Assembly: GCA_951406725.2 (NCBI GenBank)
Contig: OX597836.1
Coordinates: 35,898,001 to 35,962,000 of the forward strand
Direction: 5' to 3'
Length of the DNA stretch: 64,000 nucleotides
Source: Octopus vulgaris
Lineage: Eukaryota
In this document: positions 1 to 12,457 of the stretch, piece by piece
Position numbering within the stretch: position 1 is the first letter of the stretch
How the letters are laid out: each line of letters begins with the position of its first letter
Notes under the pieces: generated by a model
Databases searched by the model: none
The model's input: only the letters and a program-made list of their open reading frames with translations
Told to the model about the DNA's origin: nothing
Made by a program: the position numbers and the translations under genes

Positions 1-172
1 TCGCTTGAACCAAAGTCGACTATTTTCAACGTTCAATATCTTACGCTCATTCACTCAAAATTGTCGCATTTTGTTTCTTCTTTGTGGATAATAACATTTT
101 TTATGGCATCTGAACACACACAGACACATGCGCTCGTGCACTCCACACCCCATATACTTACCCTCTCATACC

Positions 173-397
173 TATTTCTTTATTACCCACAAGGGGCTAA
201 ACACAGAGGGGACAAACAAGGACAGACATAGGTATTAAGTCGATTACATCGATCCCAGTGCGTAACTGGTACTTAATTTATCGACCCCGAAAGGATGAAA
301 GGCAAAGTCGATCTCGGCGGAATTTGAACTCAGAACGTAACGGCAGACGAAATACCGCTAAGCATTTCGCCCGGCGTGCTAACGTCTCTGCCAGCTC
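173..397 (-). mobile_element. tRNA-derived SINE, family A (MetaSINE-like core)
   Basis: Reverse complement of the ~225-bp consensus gagctggcagaaacgttagc...gagttcaaattccgcc...cctttcatcctttcggggtcgataaattaagtaccag...aaagaaatag, seen >15 times in the window. Has box A/B-like motifs and a 12-bp TSD ccctctcatacc (161-172 / 398-409). The MetaSINE label is recalled, not searched. Confidence 0.9.
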
Positions 398-1569
398 CCC
401 TCTCATACCACAAGCACACACACTTATTGTGAAAATACAATTAACAATACAAATCACAATATAAGTGCAGCAAAGTTTGACCAGTAAACCTTAACGCTGT
501 AAAGAGAAATAATTGAAACTTTTCAGATGTTAGTTGTTCATCAGGAAAAAGAAAGAAATCGTAGAATATTTGAAAAAATAGCTGAACGATAACAACGGGA
601 GGGCAAGAAGCAATGTCGTAAGTTACTTGCGTTGGCGTAAATTGAAGTATAACAATGTCTCTGCATCTGTTAGCAAGCATAATGGGGATGAATGATCTAT
701 GTGTAGGTGTAATGTATGATGGTGTATGTATATGTGTGTAATCGATAGGTAGATGATATGAAATTATATATGTAAAAAGGTAAGAGCGTGTATGAGTTTC
801 AGAGAATAATGGTGAAGTAATTGGAATGGCAAAAGTAATATCGAAGATGTTATTATTATATGCGCAAGTGTATAACAAAAGATGAGTATGAAGAAGTTAT
901 TTTAACAAAGAGGGGATGTTGAAGAAATAGTTTGAAAAAGCAGTCCGGTGATGAAATGTAAAATAAAAGATAAACATCATACAATAGTTGTAAGAGGTTT
1001 CGAGAATTAAACGAAGTGTTCAGATGATTGTAAGAAGCTGGGAAAGACATCGAAAAAGAAGAGATTAAAAAGCTATTAAAAAGCTGTTGAAATCCACAGA
1101 TAAGAAATAACTGTAGGGAGTAGGTAAAAACTTACACGTGATGCAGGTGGTGTAAAATGAAAATGGAAGTGTGGACAGTATTTGTGATTTTTTGAGAGGA
1201 AATTGAATCGTAAGGTAAGAGAAGCAGCATGACTTTCTCTCTCTCTCTCTCTCTCTCTCTTTGTTTCTATCTGTTCCTCTCTCACTCACTCCCTGTGCAC
1301 CCCCTCTCTCTCTGTCTCTCAATCTTTGCATGTACGTAGGTGTTTGCAACATAGGATTTCAGTAACGGTCAAAACGAGAATGATAAGTATTAGAAGAAGG
1401 ACAGGTGAGATTTACAGGTGTCAGTCAAAACAGGAGAGCTTAAAGAATCTAAAGAATCTATGGAAAAGAGAATTTAAGGGTTACACTAGTGTGTGTGTGT
1501 GTTTGTGTGTGTGGGTGTGTGAAGAGAAGGTATGTGTATGTGTGTGTGTGTGTTTGCGTGTATGGTGGT

Positions 1570-1873
1570 GGAGGCACATGGCCTAGTGGTTAGAGCAGTG
1601 GACTCGCGGTCGAGGGATCGCGGGTTCGAATCTCAAACCGGGCGATGTGTGTGTTTATGAGCGAAAACACCTAAGCTTCACGCGGCTCCGGCAGAAGGTA
1701 ATGGCGAACTTCTGCTGACTCTTTCGCCACAACTTTCTCTCAATCTTTCCTCCTGCATCCTGCAGCTCACCTGCGACGGACCGGCGTCCTGTCCAGGTGG
1801 GGAACCTATACGCCAAGGAAACCGGGAAACCGGCCCTTATAAGCCGGTCATGGCTCGAGAAGGAACAAATAAC
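1570..1873 (+). mobile_element. tRNA-derived SINE, family C head with tail type 1
   Basis: ggaggcacatggcctagtggttagagc (box A)...ggttcgaatctc (box B). Head shared with 29427, 37699 and 59298. Tail cctgcgacggaccggcgtcctgtccaggtgggg resembles a V-SINE-type domain (recalled). Confidence 0.8.
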
Positions 1874-1994
1874 TGTTCCTTCTAAAGGATGAAAGGATGC
1901 TTGTGTGTATGCGTTCGCGTATAGTTTGGGATGTTTCTAAATATATATGTGTATATGCGTGTATAAGTGCAGATCCGTAGGTTTGAGAGTGTCG

Positions 1995-2412
1995 TTAAAT
2001 CACAATATAGCGGCGAAAGTATTTGACAAGATTAGTAAATATAAAGACCTGCTAATGGAAATTGAAAAAATGTGGCATCTCAAGGCGACTACAGTACCAG
2101 TGATTGTAGGATCTCTAGGAATGATAAAAAAAAGGCACTGAAACCTATTTGAAAATGATTCCAGGCTTACCATCCCTACAGGAAGTGCAAAAATCGTATT
2201 AAGTGGAACGGCTCATGTACCGAGAAGAGCACTATCGCTGTGAAAATAACATCCATCCATGAATTCATTTATTTGTTCATTTTTAAATACATATTTTATC
2301 TGTGAAATTGCGCATGTAATCTGGGAATGCATACAATGCCCTTCTCTGCCCTAGGTGTATGGAAAACACTCGGCGAGAAACGGAAGAAAATTTGAAGAAA
2401 GAAGGAAAAAAC
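1995..2412 (+). mobile_element. R4/Dong-clade non-LTR retrotransposon 3' end (restriction-like endonuclease C-terminus + 3'UTR)
   Basis: Translates, with frameshifts, to KISKYKDLLMEIEKMWHLKATTVPVIVGSLGMIKKG...LQEVQKIVLSGTAHVPRRALSL*, the typical R4/Dong C-terminus. Ends in an (AAT)n tail. Confidence 0.85.

Positions 2413-2500
<88 letters not shown>
2413..2500. repeat. (AAT)n microsatellite; R4/Dong tail and target
   Basis: Direct inspection. Confidence 0.98.
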
Positions 2501-3114
2501 GAGCGGAGTTATGTACCTTAGAATTGAATTTGGATTGAAGAAATTCTGGGCAATCTACCTAAATAGAAGCAGAGTATTGGCCCCAACTGGGACAGTTACC
2601 GAATGGAGACTTCATTAAGCAAATTGAAACGGTAGGATACAAATACCTTGGTGCACTAGAACTCAACGGGATAATGGAAAAGGAAATGGAGCAAATTGGG
2701 AATTTTGTTGTTCTTTTATTATATTCCGTGTTCGTATTTGAGCGCTGCGCTCAAAAGTGGCTGGATGGAATAAAATACAAGCGATTAATACGTGGGCGAT
2801 AGCATCACTTTGGTATGGAGCGAAAATTATAAAATGGCAAAATAGAGAAATGGAGAAAATGGATACCAAGACCAGAAAAAATGTTGACAATGCACTCTTT
2901 CACTCTTTTACTCTTTTACTCTTTTACTTGTTTCAGTCATTTGACTGGGGCCATGCTGGAGCACCGCCTTTGGTCGAGCAAATCGACCCCGGGACTTATT
3001 CTTTGTAAGCCCAGTACTTATTCTATCGGTCTCTTTTGCCGAACCGCTAAGTAACGGGGACATAAACACACCAGCATCGGTTGTCAAGCAATGCTAGGGG
3101 GACAAATACAGACA

Positions 3115-3163
<49 letters not shown>

Positions 3164-3500
3164 GACGGACTTCTTTCAGTTTCCGTCTACCAAATCCACT
3201 CACAAGGTTTTGGTCGGCCCGAGGCTATGGTAGAAGACACTTGCCCAAGGTGCCACGCAGTGGGACTGAACCCGGAACCATGTGGTTGGTTAGCAAGCTA
3301 CTTACCACACAGCCACTCCTGCGCCTAAGAGTGACACTGATAATTATACTTGTCTAGAAGAAAGGATGGGAGAGGTTTGATCACTTGCCAGGACTGTATC
3401 GAACCAGAGGAAAACAGCCTAAGGAAGTATATAAAAAAATGCTGGTGTCATCAAAACGGAAAATTGTGTAACTAAAGAAAAATTTAAACAAGAAATGAAC
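2501..3500 (+). mobile_element. Degenerate R4/Dong RT C-terminal/thumb fragment interrupted by a SINE
   Basis: IEFGLKK..GYKYLGALELNGIMEKEM..NKIQAINTWAIASLWYG..MDTKTRK.LTMH (2520-2896) resumes after the SINE as KSDTD.LYLSRRKDGRGLITCQDCIEPEENSL (from ~3326). Confidence 0.8.
2897..3325 (-). mobile_element. tRNA-derived SINE, family B (CORE-like), full length
   Basis: rc of ggcgcaggagtggctgtgtggtaag...gggttcagtccc...ccttgggcaagtgtctt...(TA/TG)n...gactgaaacaagtaaaagag. Multiple copies in window. Confidence 0.9.
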
Positions 3501-3597
3501 AAAAAAAAAAAGAAAAGAAAAAGCATGGAAGGAATAAATATACGAAAGAAAGGAGTAGGAAATAAAGATTATGTAGTAGAAAGGGGAAGAGGTAGTG

Positions 3598-4018
3598 AGA
3601 AGAAGAAGAAGAAGAAGAAGAAGAAGAAGAAGAAGAAGAAGAAGAAGAAGAAGAAGAAGAAGGAGGAGAAGGAGGAGGAGGAGGAGGAGGAAGAGAAATA
3701 GAAGAAAAAGAAGGAGAAGAAGAAGGAGGAGGAGGAATAGAAGAAAAAGAAGAAGAAAAAAAGAAGAAGGAGGAGGAGGAAAAAGAAGAAAAAGAAGAAG
3801 AAGAAGAAGAAGAAGAAGAAGAGGAAGGAGAAGAAGGGGGAGGAGGAGGAATAGAAGAAAAAGAAAAAGGAGAAGAAGAAAAAGAAGAAGAAGAAAAAGA
3901 AGAAGAAGAAGAAGAAGAAAAAGAAGAAGAAAAAGGAGAAGAAGAAGAAGAAAGAAGAAGAAGAAGAAGAAGAAGAAGAAGAAGAAGAAGAAGAAGAAGA
4001 AGAAGAAGAAGAAGAAGA
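3598..4018. repeat. (AAG)n/(GAG)n polypurine tract
   Basis: Direct inspection; source of the poly-K/R/L/F ORFs. Confidence 0.97.
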
Positions 4019-4555
4019 ATGCTAATTGGAAAATCCCCTTTCGGAGAAATATATCGTTATCTGCAACCTCAGCATTTCCCACTCTACACGGCAACAACAG
4101 AATTTATTGGCTCATAACCAAATCCACCCGATTTACTGATGTACAGAACACTTACTTTCAGAAATTGCATTTATATACGAAGCAATTCTCCAATTGACTT
4201 CCATTCATTCAATAGATGTTCCGGGTGGTGTATTAAAAGAATCGTTAAAACGGCGGAAAACTTAATGGTTTGTGCAATTTAGTAAGTCCTGACTGCGTAT
4301 CCTATCGAGGCTTTACCGTTTATCTTTCGGTAGAAGAGAAAATATAATGCCAATCAAAGTTCCGAATCGATATATCCGATCTAGCAGCGTGGATCGGTAA
4401 AGAAACGTTATATTAACTTAGAAGGCGATTGATTTGTAATAAACAAATCTATTATTAGGAAAGAAAACAGCCTTCATTAATGTAATTACATACTAGATTC
4501 TTGGCCCTTATGACATTCACAACACTTGTTAAAAGGTATACTATGACCAAAAGTC

Positions 4556-4972
4556 GGCGAGCTGGCAGAAACGTTAGCACGCCGGGCGAAATGCGTAGCC
4601 GTATTTCGTCTGCCGTTACGATCTGCGAGTTCAAAATCCGCCGAGGTCGACGTTACCTTTCATCATTTGGGGGTCGATAAAATAAGTACCAGATACGCCG
4701 TGGAGTCGATGTAATCGACTTAATTCGTTTGTCTGTCCTTGTTTGTCCCCTCTATGTTTAGCCCCTTGTGGGTAGTAAAGAAATAGATATTTCGTCTGCC
4801 GCTACGTTCTGAGTTCAAATTCCGCCGAGGTCGACTTTACCTTTCATCCTTTCGGGGTCGATAAATTAAGTACCAGTTACGCACTGGAGTCGATGTAATC
4901 GACTTAATTCGTTTGTTTGACCTTGTTTGTCCCCTCTCTGTTTAGCCCCTTGTAGGTAATAAAAAAACAGGT
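4556..4972 (+). mobile_element. SINE family A head-to-tail dimer
   Basis: Full monomer, then a restart at (g/a)tatttcgtctgcc (~4787). A single TSD tatgaccaaaag surrounds the whole dimer. Confidence 0.9.
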
Positions 4973-5389
4973 ATTATGACCAAAAGAATTCCAGACTGCG
5001 TGACCATCCTTCCTTAGCGTTGACTAGAAATGAAATATTCAGTATATCCTTTGATGTATAATCGATAAGTTGTAACGTAATGGATACCTGACTATTATTT
5101 CTAGAAATTGAAATGATCGCACAGGTAGCCCTACTTGACTTGTTATGTCAGGTAGAGTAGATCTAAGATGCACTTCTGTATATTCGCTTAAGAAGGGAAA
5201 ATAAGATATTTAGTCACAAATGCACGACTGCTGTATTCATTAGCTGTATACTGTTACTGAAATTTAGTGACCAGCAATCAGCTATCCCCCTCTTTACATT
5301 CAGTTCTGGTATAGGACACAATTTTGTCCGTTTCTACGTCCTGAGTTCAAATTCCGCCGAGGTTGGCTCTACCTTCCATTCTTGGATGA

Positions 5390-5881
5390 ATATAGTCAGC
5401 CTGTAATGATATGCATAAGATCTGGCCATCAAATCTAAGAAGAGATTTCAAACTTAAAATCTTCAAAGCCACAGTCGAACTAATTATACTATATGGCTCA
5501 GAAACCTGGACGTTATCAAAGAAGCTTGAGAGGCGGTTAGATGGAACCTACACTCGCCTCCTTATGAGAGCTCAAAATATCTCGTGGAAGCGTCATCCAA
5601 CCAAAGTACAACCACCCGTATCATCTCTTGTGAAAGGTAGAAGAGTCCAGTTTGCTGGACATTGTTGTAGAGCTGAAAACGAGGCAATTTCTACTCTTCT
5701 CATCTGGAAGCCATCTGCTCGAGAGACCAGAGGGCGCACACTCTCCTACCCTGATGTAATCTCCAGGGATACAGGCATCCAGCAATAGGATCCCTATAAT
5801 GCTATGATGGACCGTGAAGTCTGGCGTAGCATAGTAAATTCTATTGTCTCGACCACGGTCGAACAATGATGATGATGATGA
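5390..5881 (+). mobile_element. RTE-clade LINE 3' fragment (5'-truncated)
   Basis: ORF 5411-5788 with KLKIFKATVE.IILYGSETWTLSKKLERRLDGTYTRLL and RVQFAGHC; (GAT)n tail. Confidence 0.88.
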
Positions 5882-6082
5882 CTACGTTGACCACAGTATC
5901 AATGTAATTGACCAGACTATTCTCCAACAAAAATTAAAGCCTTCAGCCTGTAGTAGAAAAACTATATTTATTTACTTGTATTCCTCTATTGGTCTATATT
6001 TATCATTTCAAGACAGCGAACAGGTAATGTGGGTGACACTGTAAAAATAATGTCTTTGTGTATGCCTTTAGATTCCCGATAC

Positions 6083-6293
6083 TTAGCACGCCGGGCGAAA
6101 TGCTTCGCGGTATTTCGTCTGCGGCTACGTTCTGAGTTCAAATTCCGCCGAGGTCGACTTTGCCTTTTGTCCTTTCGGGGTCGATAAATTAAGTACCATT
6201 TACGCACTGGGGTCGATATAGTCGACTTAATCCGTTTATCTGTCCTTGTTCGTTCCCTCTATGTTTAGCCCCTTGTGAGTAGTAAAGAAATAG
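6083..6293 (+). mobile_element. SINE family A (5'-truncated)
   Basis: Matches consensus; gatacttagc repeated at both ends. Confidence 0.88.
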
Positions 6294-7257
6294 ATACTTA
6301 GCTTTCAAATCAAATCATAACGCCTTGCACCCTTTCCAAGCGAATATATAAAACACTTTCGTTGCAATGACAGGATCTCTTCTCTTCCTCAAATTTCCCC
6401 CAATTGTTTGCATTCAGAGAAAGACGGATGAGATCTGTCAGGTTTGGAATATCGAAGACGCATCCTGTGTTACGATGGTGCCACTGTGAATCTATCGGGT
6501 GTTCAAAGACTATGGCTATAAAAATAGATTCACTTCTATTGAGTTATCGATCTTTAATCATCTTCTCGACCGTATGCAGTTCCCAGCATATAATCAGTTA
6601 TTGACAGGTATTCAGTTACTCACCTGTAATCATCTTTTTGAATGTATATTTACCTTTGTTTATCCAGTCACCTCTACAGATTACTGCATTTATTTCATAA
6701 ACCTTCCAAAAGAATATATGTTTTATTGTCATTGTATGGTACTTTTTTCTTTCATTCATTCTGTAATATTACTTATTGAGTAGATTTGTCAAATTTTTTC
6801 CCTGCTGGAATTTCAGTCATTTCCATTTCTGAAATTTATGTCTTAAAAGGTATTTTTTCTCAACAATTGTTCATTGTTAACCCAGCCATCACCGCATTGA
6901 TTGCTGCTGATAATCTCCTGTCGCGGAGATTACTTCCTGCAATCGTAGTAAAAAGATAAATAGCATTTTTTCTTCTCGTAAATGTCGTGAAATTCAATAG
7001 AAAACATGGGGATTTATCCATGTAGCTCTGATTAGAATTTCGTAGTGAGATCCAATCACTTCGACCATGTAATAAAAGAACGTCTTTTGTGTAGGAAAAT
7101 ACCCTATGGATATTTCGAAACAGATTTGAAAAGCTGTTGATGAAAAACTTTCACTCGGCGCAACGAAAGGTATAGATTCGACAAAGGAAATGTAGTGACG
7201 GAACTATGGAGAAACAAACCAAAGAATGATGGGTGATAACATTTTTTTATTTAAGTA

Positions 7258-7651
7258 CTAGCAGTATCGCCCGGCGTTGCTCAGGTTTGTTTCGACCCTT
7301 TAGAATTGGAATTTTTGGAAACTAAAAATTTTGCATCATGTAGCTTGTTATTCTCTTTAAGTGAACATTTTTTCTGGTTGAAATACACCAAAAAATGGTG
7401 ACACAGCAGTAAAAAAATCGTAAATAAATAGGGATTTTCATAGAAAAAAAGCACCTTTTTGATGTAAATAATCTTTGGTGTTAACATGGTCCGATTTGAA
7501 TTTTTTCTTCTACGGAAGGAAAAGCAAGCCTTCTTCTATCATACTCTCAATTTTGGTCAACTTGTGCTGCAGGGTCTCGGAGGAGATAATGTTAGTTGAA
7601 GGCTACCAAACCTGCCATACACAGACAACTTCAGCTTTATATATAGAGAGA
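7258..7651 (-). mobile_element. Non-autonomous Helitron
   Basis: On the minus strand it starts a|TCTCTCTATATATAAAG and ends with a hairpin, cctgagcaacgccgggcgatactgCTAG|t. Confidence 0.8.
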
Positions 7652-7674
7652 TGTTGCAGTAGTAAACAAATGGT

Positions 7675-8307
7675 TACTCTCTTTTACTCTTTTTACCATT
7701 TTACTTGTTTCAGGCATTTGACTGTGGCCATGCTGGAGCACCGCCTTTAGTCGAGCACATCGACCCCCAGTACTTATTCTTTGTAAGCCTAGTACTTATT
7801 CTTTCGGTCTCTATTTGCCGAACCGCTAAGTCACGGGTTCGTAAACAGACCAGCATCGGTTGTAAGGCGATGTTGGGGAGACACAGACACACACACATAC
7901 ATACATACATACGTGCATACATACATACATACGTACATGCATACATACATGCATACATGCATACATGCATACATACATACATACATACATACATACACAC
8001 ATACATACATACATACATACATACATACACACACATACACACATACATACATACACACATACATACATGCATACATACATACATTCATACATACATACAT
8101 ACATACATACACACATACATACATACATACATACATACATACATACATACATACATACATACATACATACATACATGCATACATACATACATGCATACAT
8201 ACATACATACATACACACATACATACATACATACATGCATACATACATACATACATACATACATGCATACATACATACATACATACATACATACACACAT
8301 ACATACA

Positions 8308-8343
<36 letters not shown>

Positions 8344-8371
8344 TCCATATATATGACGGGCTTCTTTCAGT
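7675..8371 (-). mobile_element. SINE family B with ~470-bp internal (CATA)n expansion; head truncated
   Basis: Tail 7675-7885, microsatellite to ~8355, then gacgggcttctttcagtt. Confidence 0.85.
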
Positions 8372-8616
8372 TGAAAATTATATAAAAATCAAGAATTAAT
8401 CATATACTGGTTTCTTCTATTGCCGAATAGATTACTTACGTAACCCTTCGACCTATAAACACATGTATGTACGCATATTTAATTTCCTTAACATAAGGGA
8501 TGATGACTCGCAGTCACTTTTCTACACATCATGTTGGAACTCGATCACATCGTTGTGAACGAACATCATATATCAGCCTCTGTGTCGAGAATATTTTCAT
8601 TTAAAAAACAACAATA

Positions 8617-9100
8617 GGCGTAGGAGTGGCTGTGTGGTAAGTAGCTTGCTTACCAACCACATGATGGTTCTGGGTTCATTCATACTGCGTGGCTCCTTGG
8701 GAAAGTATCTTCTACTATAGCCTCGGGCCGACCAAAACCTTGTGAGTGGATTTGGTAGACGGAAGCTGAAAGGGATGTGTGCAAGCGCGACCTGAGGACT
8801 GCCAACATCTGTGTGGACACGTGGGAGGTAACAGCTGCTGACCGCTCTGCCTGGCGTCGGACAGTGAGGAAAGGCGTTTCCATGGCTGAGGAAAGGAGAG
8901 TACAGCTGTGGTCGGACAGGCGGGACAGGAGGAGGACAACTGCAGCAACACCCCACACGTACCCATCGATGTTCGTGTGCAGCAAGTGTACCAGGGACTG
9001 CCACTCTAGAATTGGACTGTTCAGTCACAGCAGACGCTGCTCATCGTCAAAGTAGGTCCCCACCCTTGGCGCGACCCATTGTCTATCAAGACAGACGGGA
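8617..9100 (+). mobile_element. Chimera: SINE B head (8617-8773) fused to an RTE-like LINE 3' end (~8776-9100)
   Basis: SINE B head is followed directly by CKRDL..TWEVTAADRSAWRRTV..FVCSKCTRDCHSRIGLFSHSRRC, an RTE-type C-terminal zinc finger. Confidence 0.8.
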
Positions 9101-9429
9101 CAAAAGATATATATATATCTGTGTATGTGTTTATATGTGCATACACACACACACATAGCTACATACAAACATAGGTGTATACTCATGCATACCGATGCAC
9201 ACATATACGCACAAACAAATAAAATGGGCAGTGCCAACGACAGTTAAAGAAGTTGCAAAACGCAACGAAAATTTTAGAAGAAAAGCTAGAAATCGAACCG
9301 GTGAGTGTGTTAAATAATAAGGCACTAAAAGAACATGACTCCTCACAAACAATATGGTATATATATATATATATATATATATCTATCTATCTCCCTCACT
9401 CTCTCTCTCCCTCTCCACCTCTCTCTCTC

Positions 9430-9499
<70 letters not shown>

Positions 9500-9501
<2 letters not shown>

Positions 9502-9827
9502 TAAAGTATAAAAAATTTCGAATGGTACAACAATGCACTATAACACAGACAATGGGCTGTGTATACCTGTTCTAATTTAGTCATCCATAGTCTGATATGA
9601 TATTTCGGAATAACATTCCTTCTTAGATGGGGTCACTGCTACAATTGGTTTTCTAACGCGTTTTAAAAAAAAAAGGAAAAACCGTTTGAAAAAAACAATT
9701 GTAGCAGCGAATATTATTCGGAAATATCATATCAGACTATGGATGACTAAATTACAAAAAGTATACATAGCCCATTGTCTGTATTACAGTGCATTGTCGT
9801 ACAATTCAAAACTTTTAATTCTTTACA
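9500..9827. mobile_element. MITE/foldback element with ~150-bp imperfect terminal inverted repeats
   Basis: tgtaaag...acaatgcactataacacagacaatgggct...gtcatccatagtctgatatgatatttc is mirrored by gaaatatcatatcagactatggatgac...agcccattgtctg...ctttaca. Confidence 0.8.
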
Positions 9828-10221
9828 AACAATACACAATGCTTCAAGCGAACAATAATGCTCACCCATATATATATATATATATATATAAAAGAATGAA
9901 TGTTTTTATATATAATGAACGTGAAATACAGGAAGGGACGAACACGGAACACAGACAAATCATTCGAAGCCTTCAATCTTCAGTCAGACACCGAATCATC
10001 ATAGCAAATTTCGGCTGTTCAATTCTGATATTTGCTCCAACTCGGCCAGCCCCAAGAAAAAAACTAAGCTGTAAGCATTAGATTTCTTGGTAGAAGACAG
10101 GAATGTGAACGCACAAGACGGATGTAAATACAAGAGACGAAAACGAAATTGAAAACAGTAATGAATAAACAAAATATATATAACGGTGGTTGTCATACGA
10201 CTTTAGACCAAATGAGACAAA

Positions 10222-10595
<374 letters not shown>

Positions 10596-10687
10596 GTTAA
10601 AAGTTTTTTACCTTTGTAAGGTATTTCTTTCATGCTGGCCACTTGATAATTTCGACACTTAAATATCGATATTATCCTCATATATAA

Positions 10688-10730
<43 letters not shown>

Positions 10731-10731
<1 letters not shown>

Positions 10732-11056
10732 TTTATAATTAGGGTTCAGCAAAGATTTACTTCACCACATACCGAAGTTTAGAAATACCAGTAAAAAAAT
10801 CTTAGCTATTCCTTCTACTCCCAGAAAATTAGAAGGAATAGCTAAGATTTTTTGACTGGTATTTCTAAACTTCGGTATGTGGTGAAGTAAATCTTTGCTG
10901 AACCCTAATTATAAAGTATATATATATATAGCAGTCAAAAAATCTTAGCTATTCCTTCTACTTTTCTGGGAGTAGAAGGAATAGCTAAGATTTTTTTACT
11001 GGTATTTCTAAACTTCGGTATGTGGTGAAGCAAATCTTTACTGAACGTTAATTATA
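10731..11056. repeat. 87-bp-arm palindrome plus an inverted partial re-copy
   Basis: Arms 10731-10817 / 10830-10916 with one mismatch and loop ctcccagaaaat. 10932-11056 repeats the centre with the loop inverted (ttttctgggag). Confidence 0.92.
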
Positions 11057-11145
11057 GTATTACTTAAGTATTACTTAAGCTTAATGCCGAATTCTACTTG
11101 GCGAAATTAATGATTACTTCTTAATTAATTAATTTTACCCTTTGT

Positions 11146-11194
<49 letters not shown>

Positions 11195-11201
<7 letters not shown>

Positions 11202-11502
11202 AAGTATAGAAGCCATCTTAACATGGCTAACCACATAGGGGAGGGGTGTTACTGTAGCTTTATAGCCCCAAGAGATCGTCGTCTCCAGCTGGCTTTAGAC
11301 ACCATTTCAATGCCCTTGAAATATTTGCAAAGGGAGGCCATCCCTTCCTCGCAAGCCTGAGTCATACGCTCGGACTAATTTCGGGATTCTTTGTCCCTTG
11401 TCAACGGGCGGTTACCACCAGGTCGCGATGAAAGAGAAGGCCACCTTGCAAATATATAAGAGTTTTTCTAGTGACGTCTGCCACTGATTTCGAAAAACTG
11501 AC
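11195..11502 (-). mobile_element. Unclassified (TA)n-embedded interspersed element, probably a retroelement 3' end
   Basis: Complex sequence bounded by (TA)n on both sides. Its terminal ~60 bp recur inside the Helitron at 18708-18767. Confidence 0.45.
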
Positions 11503-11568
<66 letters not shown>

Positions 11569-12219
11569 ATGCATATGAATATACTTGTGTGAGTATATAC
11601 ACACGCGCATTTGCAAAATACGTAACTTTGCGAACCCGCTGAAAGAAATGAAGAATAGAATGTTTCAGGCAGATACATTCTTTAGGGCAAAATTGAAAGG
11701 CGAAAACATAATGAGAGCCAGCAGAGTTTATATCTAACGGTTGTAGTTGAAGCTTGCTCTTCTGGGGCCCATAAAGCTACGTACAGCTCATATAATCCGT
11801 AATAGCCTTACTTCAAACATGTGTAGTCTTAATCTTTTGTCAGGGACCAGTTTTTACGTTAGAACAAATTTACATTAACTCATTTTTCGTAGAATTATAA
11901 TGGAGATATATCCATTTTTTATAACATAGCTATAACGTAACGAATTAGTTGTTAAGAGTAAATTATCTCAACAACCAATTACTTAGCAATTAGTAACATA
12001 GATAATGGAATAATATGCTGAATTAGTAAACAGAGTGACAAACTGCGGGGGATAAATAGAGAGAGGGTGATTGTGTAAAAATACTTAAAGAGCATAAAAG
12101 GCGATGAAAGGAAAAGCCAAAAGGTATTTTTCTGGTTTATTTTCTGTGTAAATATTTATAATAAATGCTCCGAAGTTAAAAGCTTTTCACTATTTTCCTT
12201 GCCAAATCTGTGTGTGTGG

Positions 12220-12271
<52 letters not shown>

Positions 12272-12404
12272 CACACACACACACAAATATACACACATTC
12301 TTTAATATATTCATGCGTTTATCTAAATTTTACAAGTCTGTCACGCATTTTCTGTCAACCTATGCCTGTGTGATATTGGATGCTCACAAACTCATGCAAT
12401 ACTC

Positions 12405-12457
<53 letters not shown>

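Noticed and set aside
258-464. Recurrent small [21 protein letters not shown]... resembling a peptide family
   Set aside because: Antisense reading of SINE A, with variable ends and no coding constraint evident.
1570-1645. tRNA gene-like sequences (also 23589, 29427, 37699, 59225-59298)
   Set aside because: SINE heads: acceptor stems are incomplete and they run into repeat bodies.
3381-4197. Long poly-R/K/L/F ORFs
   Set aside because: Translations of the (AAG)n/(GAG)n tract.
7705-8399. Overlapping HTYI/MYVC ORFs, and all IYIY, CVCV and YLSI ORFs in the window
   Set aside because: Stop-free microsatellites, not genes.
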